A stretch of DNA of 64,000 nucleotides. Source: the human T2T-CHM13v2.0 reference genome, Homo sapiens. Under the pieces are notes generated by a model, which was not told the origin of the DNA, made no database searches, and worked only from the letters and a program-made list of their open reading frames with translations. The position numbers and the translations under genes are program-made. This document shows, one piece after another, positions 37,441 through 51,520 of this stretch (the first letter of the stretch is position 1; each line of letters opens with the position of its first letter). The stretch lies in the NCBI RefSeq assembly GCF_009914755.1, contig NC_060930.1. One strand, given 5' to 3'.

Positions 37441-40400
37441 AAAATTAAATGAAATTTAAAACTCAAAAAAAAAGTGGTTAATGATATAGCCTACTTCATA
37501 AGGCTGATGTGAAAATTAGATAAATTCAAGTGCTTAGGACTGGGCCCAACAGAAAGAAAACTCTTGGAAAGATAGCAAATATGATCATCATGGGATCTTC
37601 CATGTTTAATGGAGACCTCATAGGGACACAAGTACAGGTGAACTGTGGAACATTTGAAAATGCTACACTTAAGGAAATATTATATTTTATAATAGAAAAC
37701 AAGTATCTGTGTAAGAGTTTTCTCACCGCAATCACTGTTAATTATGGAAGCTTGCTACATAAACATGTTCTCTAAAAGTGACTCAGTGGTACACATTCGG
37801 CATGCAGCATGTGTTCACAATAGCCACTTATTTCTGGTGGCTAATGAAACTGATTTCAATTGTTGAAGCATTTTAGTAAATACGTCTGATGACAGTGCTT
37901 GTGGCTTTATATCTCTTCTCTCGATGTCTGCATCTACTGAGTGAAACATTGGGCAGGAATAACTCCAGATCTGATGGACTTGCTTGCTCTGCCATCACCC
38001 TGGTGATAAAATTTGTGAACTCAAGAACGTGTATGAAACTGTGTGTCCACATTCCAGGGACAGTTAAAAGCTGGTGTTAATTTCCTATATTTGGTGATTC
38101 CATCAAAAATGAAAGGGAGCCAGCATTTTTTAAGTACCCTTCATTTATTAGGCTCATTGATTTCTTACTAGAAAAATAAAACTGGCAATGTAAGTATCCC
38201 CTCCCATTTTCACAAATAGCTAAATAAGTTGTGCAAGATAACACACCAAGTGTAAAATAGCCAAGATTCCAGCTTAGGCCTGGCTGAGGAAAAGACTGGG
38301 CTGTCTTCAGAGCATCCCGCTGCCTCTCATTCTCTTGCTTCTTTCAAGGCTGACAAGTCTACCAAAATGCATTTTCCAGTACCCAATGAAGTGCTCATGT
38401 CTAAGGCTTCTTTTTGTTCCATATATGCCAAATAAGGCTTACAACACTTTTACTTAGGATGCTGTGCTTTCATAAAGAGTTCCACTTACCAAGTTATCAC
38501 AAATGGGTATATCAATTCAGACCACTAGAAGTTCTTTGTACTGAGAATTCTAAATTCTGTTTTGCAAATATTCAAGAGCCTGATTCATGGGGTAAATAGT
38601 CAAGTGTAAAAGTTCATCTTCTAGCCCCAGTTCACTTTGCTCAGGTGAGTATCATGCTGTTGAAGTGAGTTCTCCTATTTCCAGGTTAGACTATTGTGGT
38701 AAGTTTTGTTTGGTTTGTTTTGATTTCATTAGCCAAAGGTTGTAGGTTTTAGCATTGTATTTCCCACCTTTTTGAGAACAATACTGTCTGGAGTGCATTT
38801 CCTCTCTGTTAAAGAACTTCTTGCCATCCAGATTAATTTTAAAGTATTTATTTTAAGTTTTTAGATGAAAATTGTCCATCATGTTGAGAAAAGAGAACTC
38901 CATTTGATGAAAGTGATGCATATTATTTGCAAAATTCTTATTGCAGGTTATCATTTCTAAAAGTGCCCACCCATAAGCAGTAAAAGGAATGCCACTATCA
39001 ATTTTAGCAAGACAGAGCCTGTCTCAGTATATTTGCTCCTGTACCCTCCTGCTGTGTTAGAAAGACTCCAAACTACAAATGGATCGTGCTCAGCATCTGG
39101 ATGAGTACTCTATCCAGGCTTTCCCAAACATCCAGATGTTTGACAGCTTCTACATATGCATATTTTCTCCTTATGCTTCAGGTAGCAAAGTAAACATGGG
39201 TTTATTGTTTCCCTGCACAGTGACTCTGCTCCTGAATTGTGTACAAACTCAATTTAGGCAGGTCTAATTATATCTTAAATGTACTAGTGGAGCTTACTAT
39301 TTAAAGAAAATCTATAGGGAATTCTTTTGTAAAGTGAAGCATCCCCTTGGAAAGGTAATAACAGCTACATAATTTGTTACATGTTTGTTTTCTTTTTAAT
39401 GCGGGCACATGCATTTTTAATTGCTATATAAATATTCACTATATATATATAACATGGTATTGAAGAATTAGAGACATCATTGCCACTTCCTATATACCAG
39501 TATTAACGGGGGAGGGAAAAATCAGCCACAAGCACATTTACTGGTCCTTGCAAAGTAGAAAGGTTTGCACATGAAATTGTAAGGGTTTGATACAGAATGA
39601 GATGACAGTAGTCTTTACATTTAAAACTTCTGGTATTAAATATTGTAAGAGAGGATAACAGAGTGTAAGGATAAGAATCCATTCGAGGATATTAAATCTT
39701 ATGTTTGTAAAGGCAGTAACGCAGTATGAGATATGAAGCAATCAGATGTGAGGAATGAGCAATGCTTCTTTAGATTTATCACATCCCTATAATTTACTGC
39801 AGAAAGCTCTCAGAATATCCCAATGAACATTGAAAACTGCAGTTATTTTCCTTTGCTTTTCTTTCATCAAGGAAAAATGCAAATAAACTCTAAAATGATT
39901 CACAGAGACTAACGACCCTCATCAATCTGCCGATGACTGAAAAGAAAAAAGCAGGAATAGTTAAACACCTACACTGAACCTTAACAGAAGGATAATAACA
40001 TAGTAAGTTGCCCCATAAAAAGTATTTCAGATATTAGAGGAAAGAATTTTTGAAGCTAAAGATAATGATTGTGCCTGAAAAAGACCATGCCTCTATCTAC
40101 AATTAAGGAAGGAAAGAATTTTCCATATTTTTATGCAAACATTGATGTCTAACCAAGTGGTCCAGGCTATGCTACCAAACTCTGTACAACTTTGTTTCAA
40201 GACTTGACAGGCTACCCAGCAGACATCCTTAGAGCTATAAATGAGCCATATTCAACCAGGTCCACACTGATGTTTAGCTCTTATGCCCTTTTGAGCTTCA
40301 CAAAAGTATATCTGATGGAGAGAGAAAGAGAAACAAGGTAGTATGATAAATTTTACAGGGTTACTGGAAAATAAGTCAAAATGTTTGTCAGTAGAAGGAA

Positions 40401-40539
40401 AAACACCCTTCCCTTACTATCTTTCCATGCTGTGATCATTTCCATCATTTGAAACCTGGACCAAATACCTCCTCCTTCCTGAAATAAACTTTCTTTCCTC
40501 TAACTTTCCTCAGTCCTGTCTACTTGACATTGTATCTTC

Positions 40540-41340
40540 TCCATTATTCATTTATTCAACAAGATGTATGCAGTACCCAATAAGGATGAGGCATTCTTTT
40601 TTAAGAGCTGAGGAGATAGCAATGAACAAAACAGCCAAAATCTCTGTTCTCATGGAGCTAATGTTTTTGTGGAAGACCTAGAATAAACAAACAGGAAAAT
40701 CAATATATTAGATATTACAAATAAAAGGAAAGCAAGAAAAAGGAATAGGTAATGAAGGAAAGTTTAGATAGTATGTTTAGAGAAGTCCACTGAAATGGGT
40801 GGCAGAGACTTGAATGGAATGAGGCGATGAGGCATGCAAAGATTAGGGAAAAGAAAATGCCAGGCAGATAGAGCTTCAAGGACATAAGCTTTAGACAGGA
40901 GCATACCTGGTGAGACAAGGAAGGGCAAGAAGATGAGCAACTGAAGGAGGGTAAGCCAGGGTTGGGAGAAGTGGAGAAAATGAGGCACCAGTTGAACTGT
41001 AAATTTCCTGAGAAGAGAATCCAAAGCTGACTCAGTGACACCACTTAATACAGTAATAGTTGGTGGCAAATCATCAGTAAATGAAAGGAGATGGCCCATT
41101 TAATTATATAACACTAATATTGACATGTTCATGGAATCATGGATATGGCACCAAAATTCAGACAATATGCAGGACCTGACTTTAGAATGGACTAGAGCAG
41201 AGAGTAATAGGATGGGGGACATTTAGGAAGCAGGTGAAGTTATTCAAGTAAAACACAATAGAGCCCTAAACCAAACAGAGGCAGCATGAATAGCGAAAGG
41301 GCATGGACTAGAACAATATAGAGAACTTACAGGTTAAACC
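40540..41340 (-). mobile_element. L2 fragment
   Basis: TTCATTTATTCAACAAG..., CTCTGTTCTCATGGAGCTAAT, AGAGACTTGAATGGAATGAGG. Boundaries approximate. Confidence 0.65.
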
Positions 41341-44300
41341 AAAACTGTAAGTCCTGTATAATTGGTTTGTGCCTCACAGAAATTTCTGGGAGGGCTTTCC
41401 TCAGCAGATTAGAAGTATTCTGCCCCTTCAGTTACTACATAGCTGCAGGTTACCTGCCTCCTGCCAGACATGGTTTGCTTTGTCTGTGGTTCCCATTTGC
41501 TTACTGCCTCTCTGATTGATTGAGACCTGCCATCTTGCTCTGGCCTACATATCCCAACTCTGGATTTCCCACTTGGTCTCTGATCCTGTGGATTTCTATA
41601 GATTTTCATATATTTCCCTGGGTTCTGCTTACTTCCTCTTCTAATTTCTCCAGCTCCAGTCCCTTAACTCATGCAATTTTAACTCAAATATATATTAAAT
41701 GCTTCCTACATTTTAGCCCCTGTGCTGGGGTCTGGAGTCCCAAAAATGAATAAGGCATCGCCCTGCCCTGGAAGAATTCATTGTCCACAGTATGGTATTT
41801 TCTACAACCTCTGACTGATTCCAGAAGAAAATAACCTTGAAATCATGGTGAAATTACTAAATTAGAAGATGAGAGAGAAATAGGTTAATTCATCATTTTT
41901 TAAGTTCCCACTTTAGGACATATCCACACAAGAAAATAGGTCTATCTCTAAGTCATTTTTTTATCTTGGAGATTACAAATGAGATGATCAAAAACTATTT
42001 TCAATATAGGTTACTACTGATCATGCCCATTTATTGAGTATTGCTTTGGTACTGCACAAAACCAAAAGCTGGAAGCAATAGGGTAGGTCCCACTGTTCCC
42101 CATGCAGGTATACACACCAGGGGTTACAACTAAAGTGAGAAGACACATCATGCCTCTGCAAAGTAGATTAGAGAAAAATTTTCCAAGCTGTAAATGGCAG
42201 CTTGACAAACAACATTACAGGCTGGATTCAATGAAAACGCTGCAGACCTGGCTCCCTCCAGGGCTATAAATCACAATGAATACACAGAACATTACTGGAA
42301 AATGCAGAACAGAAAAGAGACTGTGCAAGTGTTACAGGCCCTCCAGCCTTGGCTCACTGAAGACTAATTTAGGGAGATTCAGTGCCGCAAGGTCTCAGCA
42401 TCATGGGAAAACCTGGAAAGCCCTCCTCATGAAAGAACACTGCAGAAGAGTCTTAACAAAGAAATGGAAACTCCAGACCAAAACAGCTCTCAGGGGAGAC
42501 CAGAAGGGTAGAAAGTAAAAGAGGACCACCCCTAGGAGTGCAGGGCAGTAGGGAGGACTCACTCTGGTTCTCACTCCCCACCCCTTACTCTCCTGAACGT
42601 TATTTTTTAAATCAGGTAAAATCAAGTATGAATAACATCAAATGCAACCTCAAAAGAAAGAGAAATCCCAACATATTATGTTGGAGGAGTGTTATGCAGA
42701 AATAGAGAAGGGCCGGGGGGCATTCCTGCCTCTTTGACTTAATGATAATAATGACTGGAGAATTTGTGAGTTAATTACACCTCTATAAGTCTGGAGGTTT
42801 CTCTGCCTGTCAGTTAGCCCATCTGTTTCTCTTCCATAGGCTCCTTTCTGAGTCACTTTCTGGTCTTGACCTATAGCCTACAGCGGTGGAGAATTGGATG
42901 CCCAGGGTCACTGTAGCCAGGCAGGGATGCGCATACAACTGGGTGAGGCAAGTGGGCTGTGTGATGAGTTTGGGAAGCTTGTCAGTTTGTAGAGTCCAAG
43001 AAAGAGCTATGGAGACCTCTAGGATAGAGGTCGAGCTGTGTCCTTCGAAACCCCAACACTGTGAGGACAAACATTTCCTTAAGTCACTTCTGCAGTTTTT
43101 TTTTTAATCTTGAGCTGTTCATTGATTCATTAATTCATTTATTCACTCATCAAATATTCACTAAGGACCTACCAGGTATGCTGTGAGCCAGAGGCATGGC
43201 ATACATTATATAACAGCTGTACACTGAGATACTCATATAGTCCCCATCGCTGTCTGTGATGATTCTTTAAAATTATTTTCCTAGTTAAATCAGGTGGAGA
43301 ATGTGGAGCATTATGCAAATACAGTCAATCTGCTACCTTAAGTTTCCCTAATGCAAGTTACCTCATCCACAATTTATGAAATTGTACATACAGTAATGAT
43401 GTCAATGTAACACAGAAGTTAGAGATTATTTTTCTCATATAATAGCAGCTCAGCATACAACACATTGGCCTATCTGAATGCACCAAGCTTGAAGGAATGC
43501 AGTACTGCCATGTCTACCTTCTTTATTTTGGATACTCGCTCTTCCTTGGAAGTTACTTAGACAGATCTTCCCAGTCTTGTGCAGAAGACACAAACATAGA
43601 TGATGAACAGAAGTAATCCATCATTAGCATCACCACATTGTATGCAAAGCCAACACCTCTGTCTACCTGTGATATATGACAGGGTGACCTTATCTCCATA
43701 ATGCAGCAGCCTGAATATTTACCAGCATCCCAGTCCATCAAGCTCTCTTCACCTACATGTTAAGTGAAGGCCAAGATTACTCCAGCATTTCCTTATTAGA
43801 ATTTGACATGCCTTTTTAATTGTACTTCTATCTTATTAGAATTGTTTTCGTTAGGTCTCTGTTTACAAAGTTTCCTAGGTTTAGAGTGGTTTGGTTGAAT
43901 TCTATTTTTATCATAAGCCCTGTTCTTTTTAGTGTGAAATCTTGCCCCAAACTATGTTTTCCAGCAATGTATATATGGCATTGTGGCAGGAAAGCCCATA
44001 TTTCAGTGGATAGAGTTTACCCATTCTGCCTATTCAAAAGCACACTATATTCTGATTGATAATGCAGTCCTTTCCAGTGAAAGACATCAACAACACAAAC
44101 TAAGTTTGGCGGGTATCATCCTTAGGTCCCATAAATCAAAAGGATAAAAGGATAAAACCTGCATCAGGACATGGTTTGGAGTATTCTTCATCCAATCAAA
44201 CTTTTCTACTCTCCTTTATCCAGCTATATTAAAGAAATCTTTAAGCTTTACAAACCTATTTATCAAAAGTTCAAATTTTTAAAATTAGCCTAAATTTTAA

Positions 44301-44583
44301 TAAAGGGAACTATCAGGCAGTTTAGATTGAAAAACAATGTTATATGGTGTTAAAGTTAGAAACAAATTTTACAGCTATTACTATAGCACAAACAATATTT
44401 TGTTAAAAATATAAGACAGTCTGATTTAATAATTATAAGCTTTCTTTTTCACTTATTTATGTATTTTGACATTTTCTCAGTGCATAGCACCTATAACATT
44501 GGGATCATTCTGTCTTTTCCTATTTTTAACCCAGAGTAAAATTCCAAATATTTTTTAGAATTAAAAGATTTAATTCTTTACCT

Positions 44584-45429
44584 TATCAGAGAGGAAAAAA
44601 CAAAGTCTTTTATCTGTCCACTCACAATACAGAACACTTCTTACACCAGATGTGTGGGGGTTTTTCCCTACACGCAAAGCAAGCGATCAGTTTTAGAGTG
44701 GACACCAGCTGGGTGTCCTCTAATTCAATTCAGTTCTGATACCACCTACCTGGAGATAGAGTCAGATCCCACAGATCTTGTGGCTCAGTCCCATGAGACT
44801 GCCCCAACTTTCAGATGCCAATTGCAAGCTTTAGATTTGCTTTCTTACCTATGCTTCCAACCAATCAACTATAGATCAGCGTTCTCGTGACCTTCTCCTT
44901 GGGCTCAATTAATTTGCTGGAATGGCTCACAGAACTCAGGGAAACACTTATTTCATTTACCAGCTTATTATAAAGGATATTACAAAGGATACAGATGAAG
45001 AGATGCATAGGGCAAGGTTATGTAGGAAGGGGTGCCAAGATTCTATGCCCTTCCTGGGCACACCATCCTTCAGGAACCTCCAGATGTTCAGCTATACAGA
45101 AATTCTTCAAACCTTGTCCTTTTTTATTTTTATGGAGGGTGCTTCATTACATAGACATGATTGACATTGTCCACTGATCATCAACTTAACATTCAGCCCC
45201 TTTCCCGTCCTTGGAGGTTGGGTGGTGGGATTAAAAGTCCCAACCCTCTAACCCTGTCTTGGTCTTTCTGGTGACCAGCCTCCATCCTGAAGCTGCCTAG
45301 GGGTTTCCAGCTACCAGTCAATTCATACAAAAAGACACTTATCACTTTGAAGATTCTAAGGATTTTAAGAGTTGTATGCCAGGAAACAAGGAGGAAGACC
45401 AAATATACTGTGTATTTCACAGTATCACA
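44584..45429 (-). mobile_element. MER21-family solo LTR
   Basis: Reverse strand begins TGTGATACTGTGAAATAC..TATTTGGTCTTCC and contains GACACCAGCTGGGTGTCC and GAGTCAGATCCCACAG blocks of the recalled MER21 consensus. CCT(T) at both flanks. Confidence 0.82.
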
Positions 45430-46957
45430 CCTTGCTACACACAGGCTTCTCACATCCTGATCTTTCCTACATCTCTAGGCTAATTGCTGCACCGATTTCC
45501 CTTAAAGGTGCCCACACATGCACACACACACACACAGTCATGTGCTACATGCCAGCAATACTAAACCATTCATATTTTTCATGCACACTGTCTCTGTGCC
45601 TTTAAAAATAATGTTCCTTCTATTTGAAAAACCCAGTTCTACCACTTCCCTTCACCATCTTGGTAATTCCTATCAATTTATTAATTCTCAGCTCGCTCTC
45701 TTCTTGAAAGTTTACCCTGACTCTCCAGGAGTTGTTACATTCCCTACCCTTGTGTTCTGGGGTTCAACACAGCTCAGAGGGAATGGTCTGTAGCAGTGGA
45801 TGGTCTATAACGGTGTTCATCACACTCTGCTACAGTTGTTGGTTTCCATACATACTTTTATTTCTGTTAGATTGAAAACTATATAAGAATAGGAACTATT
45901 TGTTAGTAGTCTATGTATTTCCTAGTATGTATCACAGTACTTATCATACAAGAGGTGCTCAATACCTATGTGAATAACCTGACCATTCAATCTAAGGAAG
46001 CCAGCAGTGATTCTCCACATGTATTCCTGTTTTATTGTCTTTATAGAATTTATAACTATTTGATGTTTGCTGGCTTATTTGTTATTGTCTTTCATTATTG
46101 GTTTTATTATACATAAGAACATAAGCTCCCTAAGAGTGGACCCTTATTGTTTTGTTCATCACTTTAGCCCCAGTGCCTAGAACAAAATAGGTATTCAGTG
46201 CCTGGAGCAAAAGAGATGCAAGATAAAACTGTCAACTTCATGTAATGAATGAGTAGATTCAGGTTTTTCTCTCCTGTACTAATAGCAAGCTTTTTAATAA
46301 ATTAGTATATAGGTTCAATGCCTCCATGGAGACATTAAAATACTCTGGTTTCAATTAATCTTGCAATTTTAGCAGTATTAAATTCCAAAAACAATTTTTC
46401 ACTCATTTGGAAGATCTATAAAGGCAACTGTAATTAAGTAATGTGGAACACAAGTTTCAAAGTCTAAAATAAAGTGATTATTCGCTCATTTTGTGCCTCT
46501 TTTTTTTCACTCTTCCTCATTTTTTTCTGAGATTCACTTACCCTTCTGAGTCTGGGCTAATCAATCATTTATGTTATTAAAGCAAATATGCTTATCTAAT
46601 ATCAAAGCAGTATAATCATGCACATTAAAGAATAATAGTATAACATGAGTCTGTAGCCAACATTAAAAATGCATAAGATCATGTAACAAGAATTACTGCA
46701 AAGACCTAGCCAGTTATTCAACACTAACATATTTTAATTAAAAACTAATTTAGTAATAACCGAATGATTCACTAGTGATCTCTAGATGCAAAAAAAAAGA
46801 CTAGTGTCTTCAAACAGCTTCCTATAACATTTTAGATCAACTGAGCCTAGTCAAACTAAAACATAGTTACCAATCCCTCCTCAGACCTCACATGATACTT
46901 TTGTTTTTCACTTTTAACACATATTTTGCTTTTAAAGCACTGTGTCCAGTTTAAATA

Positions 46958-47219
46958 TAAACTGGACACAGTGGCTTATGCCTATAATCCCAGCAACTTG
47001 GAATGCTGAGGAAAGGGGAACACTTAAAGCCAAGAGCCCGAGACCAGCCTGAGCAACACAGTAAGTCCTCATCTAGCACATGCCTATAGTCCTAGCTACT
47101 CAGAAGGCTAAAGTGGGAGGATTGCTTGAGCCCAGAAGTTCAAGGCTGCAGTGAGCTATGATCATGCCACTGCACACCAGCCTGGGTGACAGAATGAGTT
47201 TCTGTCTCTGAAAAAAAAA
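46958..47219 (+). mobile_element. AluJ-type with the central linker deleted
   Basis: The left arm ends CCTCATCT and joins directly to AGCACATGCCTATAGTCC. J-type right arm. Confidence 0.85.
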
Positions 47220-48090
47220 TGCATTAACCAAGCATTTCTTGAGTGCCCACTAGTTCTAAGTTAAGTGCCCTAGCTCATTCCTGACTTCATTCATGCTTAA
47301 ATGAGAGGACCTAAGTAAGTAGAATGAAAGCCTAATTGGTTACAAGACAGGAAGGGACTCATTTCCACTGGCAATTGAAGGAAGCTTCCATAGATGGAGA
47401 CATTTGAGGTGGTTCTAGCATCACAAAGGTCTTGGTCAGTCTGGCTAGATTTTATGGGGGTCAGGTAGATGAACAGAAGCTCAAAGGAAGATTGAAACAG
47501 AGAAGAACCTACTCTTCTGAGTACAGTCATTTGAATTTTATGTTGTAAGTGATTGGAAATGGAAAGGAGGTCCTTAAGTAGCACAATGACCTGATCTGAT
47601 CAAATTTGGTTTTGAGAAAGATAATTTTGACTATGTCTTGAGGAATAACTGGAATGGAGAAGGAATAGTGGAGGGCAGGAAGAAATGGAGGCTGCTGCAT
47701 TGCCCAGAAGCTACATGAGCATCAGGACTAAAATAGAGGCAGAAAAGATGGAGAAGAAAAACTGAATTCATAGAACATTCCTGAGGCCAAGCCATCAAGG
47801 GGTGGTGTTTGAGGTGAGAGGCTGGAGGTGAGGATTTCTGCACTTTCTGACTTTGGGGCATGGTCAGATAGTGATGACATCAGCCAAGACTAAGAACACA
47901 TGGTGTTCGACAATTTCAGAGGAGAGATAGGCTGGTTTTAAATATATTACATTTGATTCATTTGGGGACCATCAGAATGTACTGGAAATATTTATCTATA
48001 GTCCAGGAGATACGGGAGTCTGGATTTGGAGATCATGGCTATGTAGAGAAAAAGAAGGGAACTCATGAGGTGGAGAGTGAAAAAAAATGG
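47220..48090 (-). mobile_element. L2 fragment
   Basis: AAGCATTTCTTGAGTGCCCACT, GACCTGATCTGAT..TTTTGAGAAAGATAA, GATTTGGAGATCAT. Boundaries approximate. Confidence 0.6.
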
Positions 48091-48962
48091 ATAAGGAAAT
48101 AGTAGCCACCATTATGATGAGCAAAACACTCTGGAAACAGACCCAATATTAACACACTTCATTTTCGTATTAAGCCCCTAGGAACCTTCATTTAAAGCAG
48201 TGCTTCTGTCAAAATTTAGACTTGAGGCATTTCATCAGATGCCTTCCCAGGACATGGCCTAACACCTGCATCATTTTCAATGCTAGCATTTAACTTGTTA
48301 GAGTATTAGCTTACAGCAGTCTTCATCCAAAGTCCTGGTGCTCTGGGATGATGGAAGCAAAATTGGGGATGGCGTCTTCTTCCTTTGAAAGAGCTATGGA
48401 TTAACATTGCATTGAGGACTTATTGATATTAATTATTTTAAAGAGCTCACTGGGAACCATTCTTAAACCTAATCTAGGATAAAAAACCAGAAATCTTTAG
48501 GGTAATTGCAGTAACCTGCTACTGCCAATTTTTTCAAAGGACAAAGGGATGGAATTCTCCAAGAAATGGAGCACCTTGGAAGGTTTAGGTTTTTTATCTA
48601 CATAAATATCATTGTTTGCAGGATACTAGCATCACTCCCAAATGTCAATTCTCTTTCCAATAATTACTGGGCCAATCATAATTGCCTCTTAACGCATCAA
48701 AGGGAATGTCTTGCTCTTGACAACCACACACCTAAGCTATTATGAACTGTAAGCAGTCAGTCCTTACCCTTAAGCCTCTGGCATAAATAATCCTGGCCAA
48801 ATACCTGAGCAGCAAATATCAATATAGGAGTTCAACCACTGACACAAGCACCTGCATCATTAGGACAGAATGATTTCAAAGGACAAGGTAATTAAACAAA
48901 AAAAAATAACCTTAGGTTACCCACATATGTGAACCTCCCTTGATATGCCATCAACTGAAAGC

Positions 48963-48996
48963 GATAGATAGATAGATAGATGATAGATAGATAGAT

Positions 48997-49046
<50 letters not shown>
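48963..49046. repeat. Compound (GATA)n tetranucleotide STR
   Basis: About 20 GATA units interrupted by GAT and GATTA. Confidence 0.97.
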
Positions 49047-49047
<1 letters not shown>

Positions 49048-49967
49048 TTGATAGACAGGTAGATCTCAAAGTTTGGGGTTTGCAGCAGATGAGGGCAGGA
49101 AGGCAAAAGAGAAGAATTAATTGCTTGGGAAAATCTCCAAGAAAAAAAAAATTCATCTGAAATGAGGGATTGCTCTTTCTCTTGACTCAGTAATCTTCAG
49201 AAATAGAGGAATAAAATAAAATCTTCACATAATTTGACTCTAGCCAGAGCCAGAATTCAGTTTTATGTTTCTTTCAACTGCCAACAACTTTGTTTTAATT
49301 ATAAGATGGAAATTTCTAACCACTATAGTGACTAGCAGCTTTTTATAAGACTGACATTTCAGATGAACAAAAACATTATTCAAGGAGATTCACTTTCCAA
49401 CAGACAAAATGTGACCAAAGCAAATAACGACATTCAAGTTGTATGAATCAGGCCCTAGCCTATAAATGTTCAGTGCATTCTGCATGACAATAGTCATCCC
49501 ACTGCCCACCTTCCCACCAGCACAGTGTCTCTCCTCAATACTCAAAGATTTCAATTAAGTAATAGTATCAATTATAAGCCACATGCTTTTCTTAATATTT
49601 TGAACACTCAACATTTGATTGAGAGGCACGGGAAGATAGGTATTATGTCCCTAACTTCCTTATTAATATTCTCACTTCATGGCCACTCCTTTACACGCAG
49701 TGCTAAAGTCAGAAAATAAGATAAATTCAAAGTCTCTACTCCCCAGCTTTGGCTTACATGCCAGAAAAAGTGAAAAGTGATCTAATTCTCTCTATTGTCA
49801 TATTCTAAAGACATCCGAGCCAGACATTTGTCAAAATTGGAGAAAAGGATGGCAATTTTACCAAAACTGTTGCAACATAATTGATGCTCTAGATTTTCCA
49901 GCAAGAAGAAATTGAGCAGCTGAACAAGATAAGCAAGCATTCTACAAACTTATAAATAAAAACACTT

Positions 49968-50273
<306 letters not shown>

Positions 50274-50819
50274 TCAAGTGTTCCGAATTCCCATTTAAAT
50301 GTATTTTGGAAAGTATATAAAAATCAAATATAAGATGGTTCTTCCCATATCTGCTGTTTTTCTTTCCTTTATTGCCAGTAAACAATACCAAATCTCACAT
50401 TGTTTCTCATCTCCTCAAAGACATTCTTGGAAACTTGTCCGTTCATGGCCACGTTGAGGACCAGGGCTGAGTAGCTGTGGGTTGGCACTTGGCAGTGAGC
50501 AGAATAGTATTCACTTGAAAGTTCTCATAATTATGGAAAATCGTCTAATGAGGATATGATATATTTATATTTTCAAGCTTCTGCTTTTAGCATGCATCAG
50601 GGAATGCCTTGTTCTTAGCTTAGATTCTCATTCCTATTCCCTTGCCTAGAATAGACACACTTATGAGTCTTGTCCCAGTTTCCATGCCCTGATCCTCGGA
50701 TCATCTCCAGGTGCCCAGTTCCTTTCAGAAGGATCTTCTGTCTCTACCAAAACCTGGTGAGGGATGAGAGCAGCTGTGGTCAGAGCACAAATCCAAACTT
50801 CTGCCCAAGGCCTTTGTCC

Positions 50820-51520
50820 TGGAATGTACTCCCCATTTCTTGCAGAGTAAAAGCCAAAGTTCTTACAGTGACCTAAAAACTATGTAGGGACACAGTCTAG
50901 TCAGCCATTCCCAGATATCCTCACCTCCTATCCCTCTCCTTTTACCCAGTCTACTTCAGCCAGCCCGGTCTCCTTGTTCCTCATTCACACTCAGAGTTTT
51001 TGCACCAACTGATCCTTCTGTCTCGAAACTTCTTTCATCAGATATCTGCTTGACTCCCTTAATAACTTAGAGTTTGCTCCAAAAGGCCTACCCTGCTCCT
51101 ATTTAAAGCTGGAAACCTTCCATCTCTTCCCAGCACCTTCATCCTCTTTTATCACTCTCTATAGCACTTATCTTCCAATGCTCTATCTTTCTGTATCCCA
51201 ATGTACTTGTTCATTATATTATCTGCTTGCTTCCACTAGAAACATCAAATGGACATGGATATGTTTACTCTGTTCAGTTCTGTATTCCAGCATTTAGAAG
51301 AGCACCTGGCTCAGCAAATATTTAATGAGTGGGCTTATTTTATTTAACAGAGTTAAAGCGATTTCTGTGTATCAGGCACTGTTCTAAGCACTGTAAAAAT
51401 ATTAATTCATTTAAAGTCTGGTGACAACCCTATTAAGAATGGATTTTTCATTCCAATTTTATAGAAAAAAAAAACTGAGGCACAGAGAGGTTAAGTTAAA
51501 TTGCACACATTCCATAAATG
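50820..51520. mobile_element. L2 3' end followed by a MIR (- strand)
   Basis: CAGAGTAAAAGCCAAAGTTCTTACAGTGACCT; AGGCACTGTTCTAAGCAC...AAACTGAGGCACAGAGAGGTTAAG. Confidence 0.72.
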
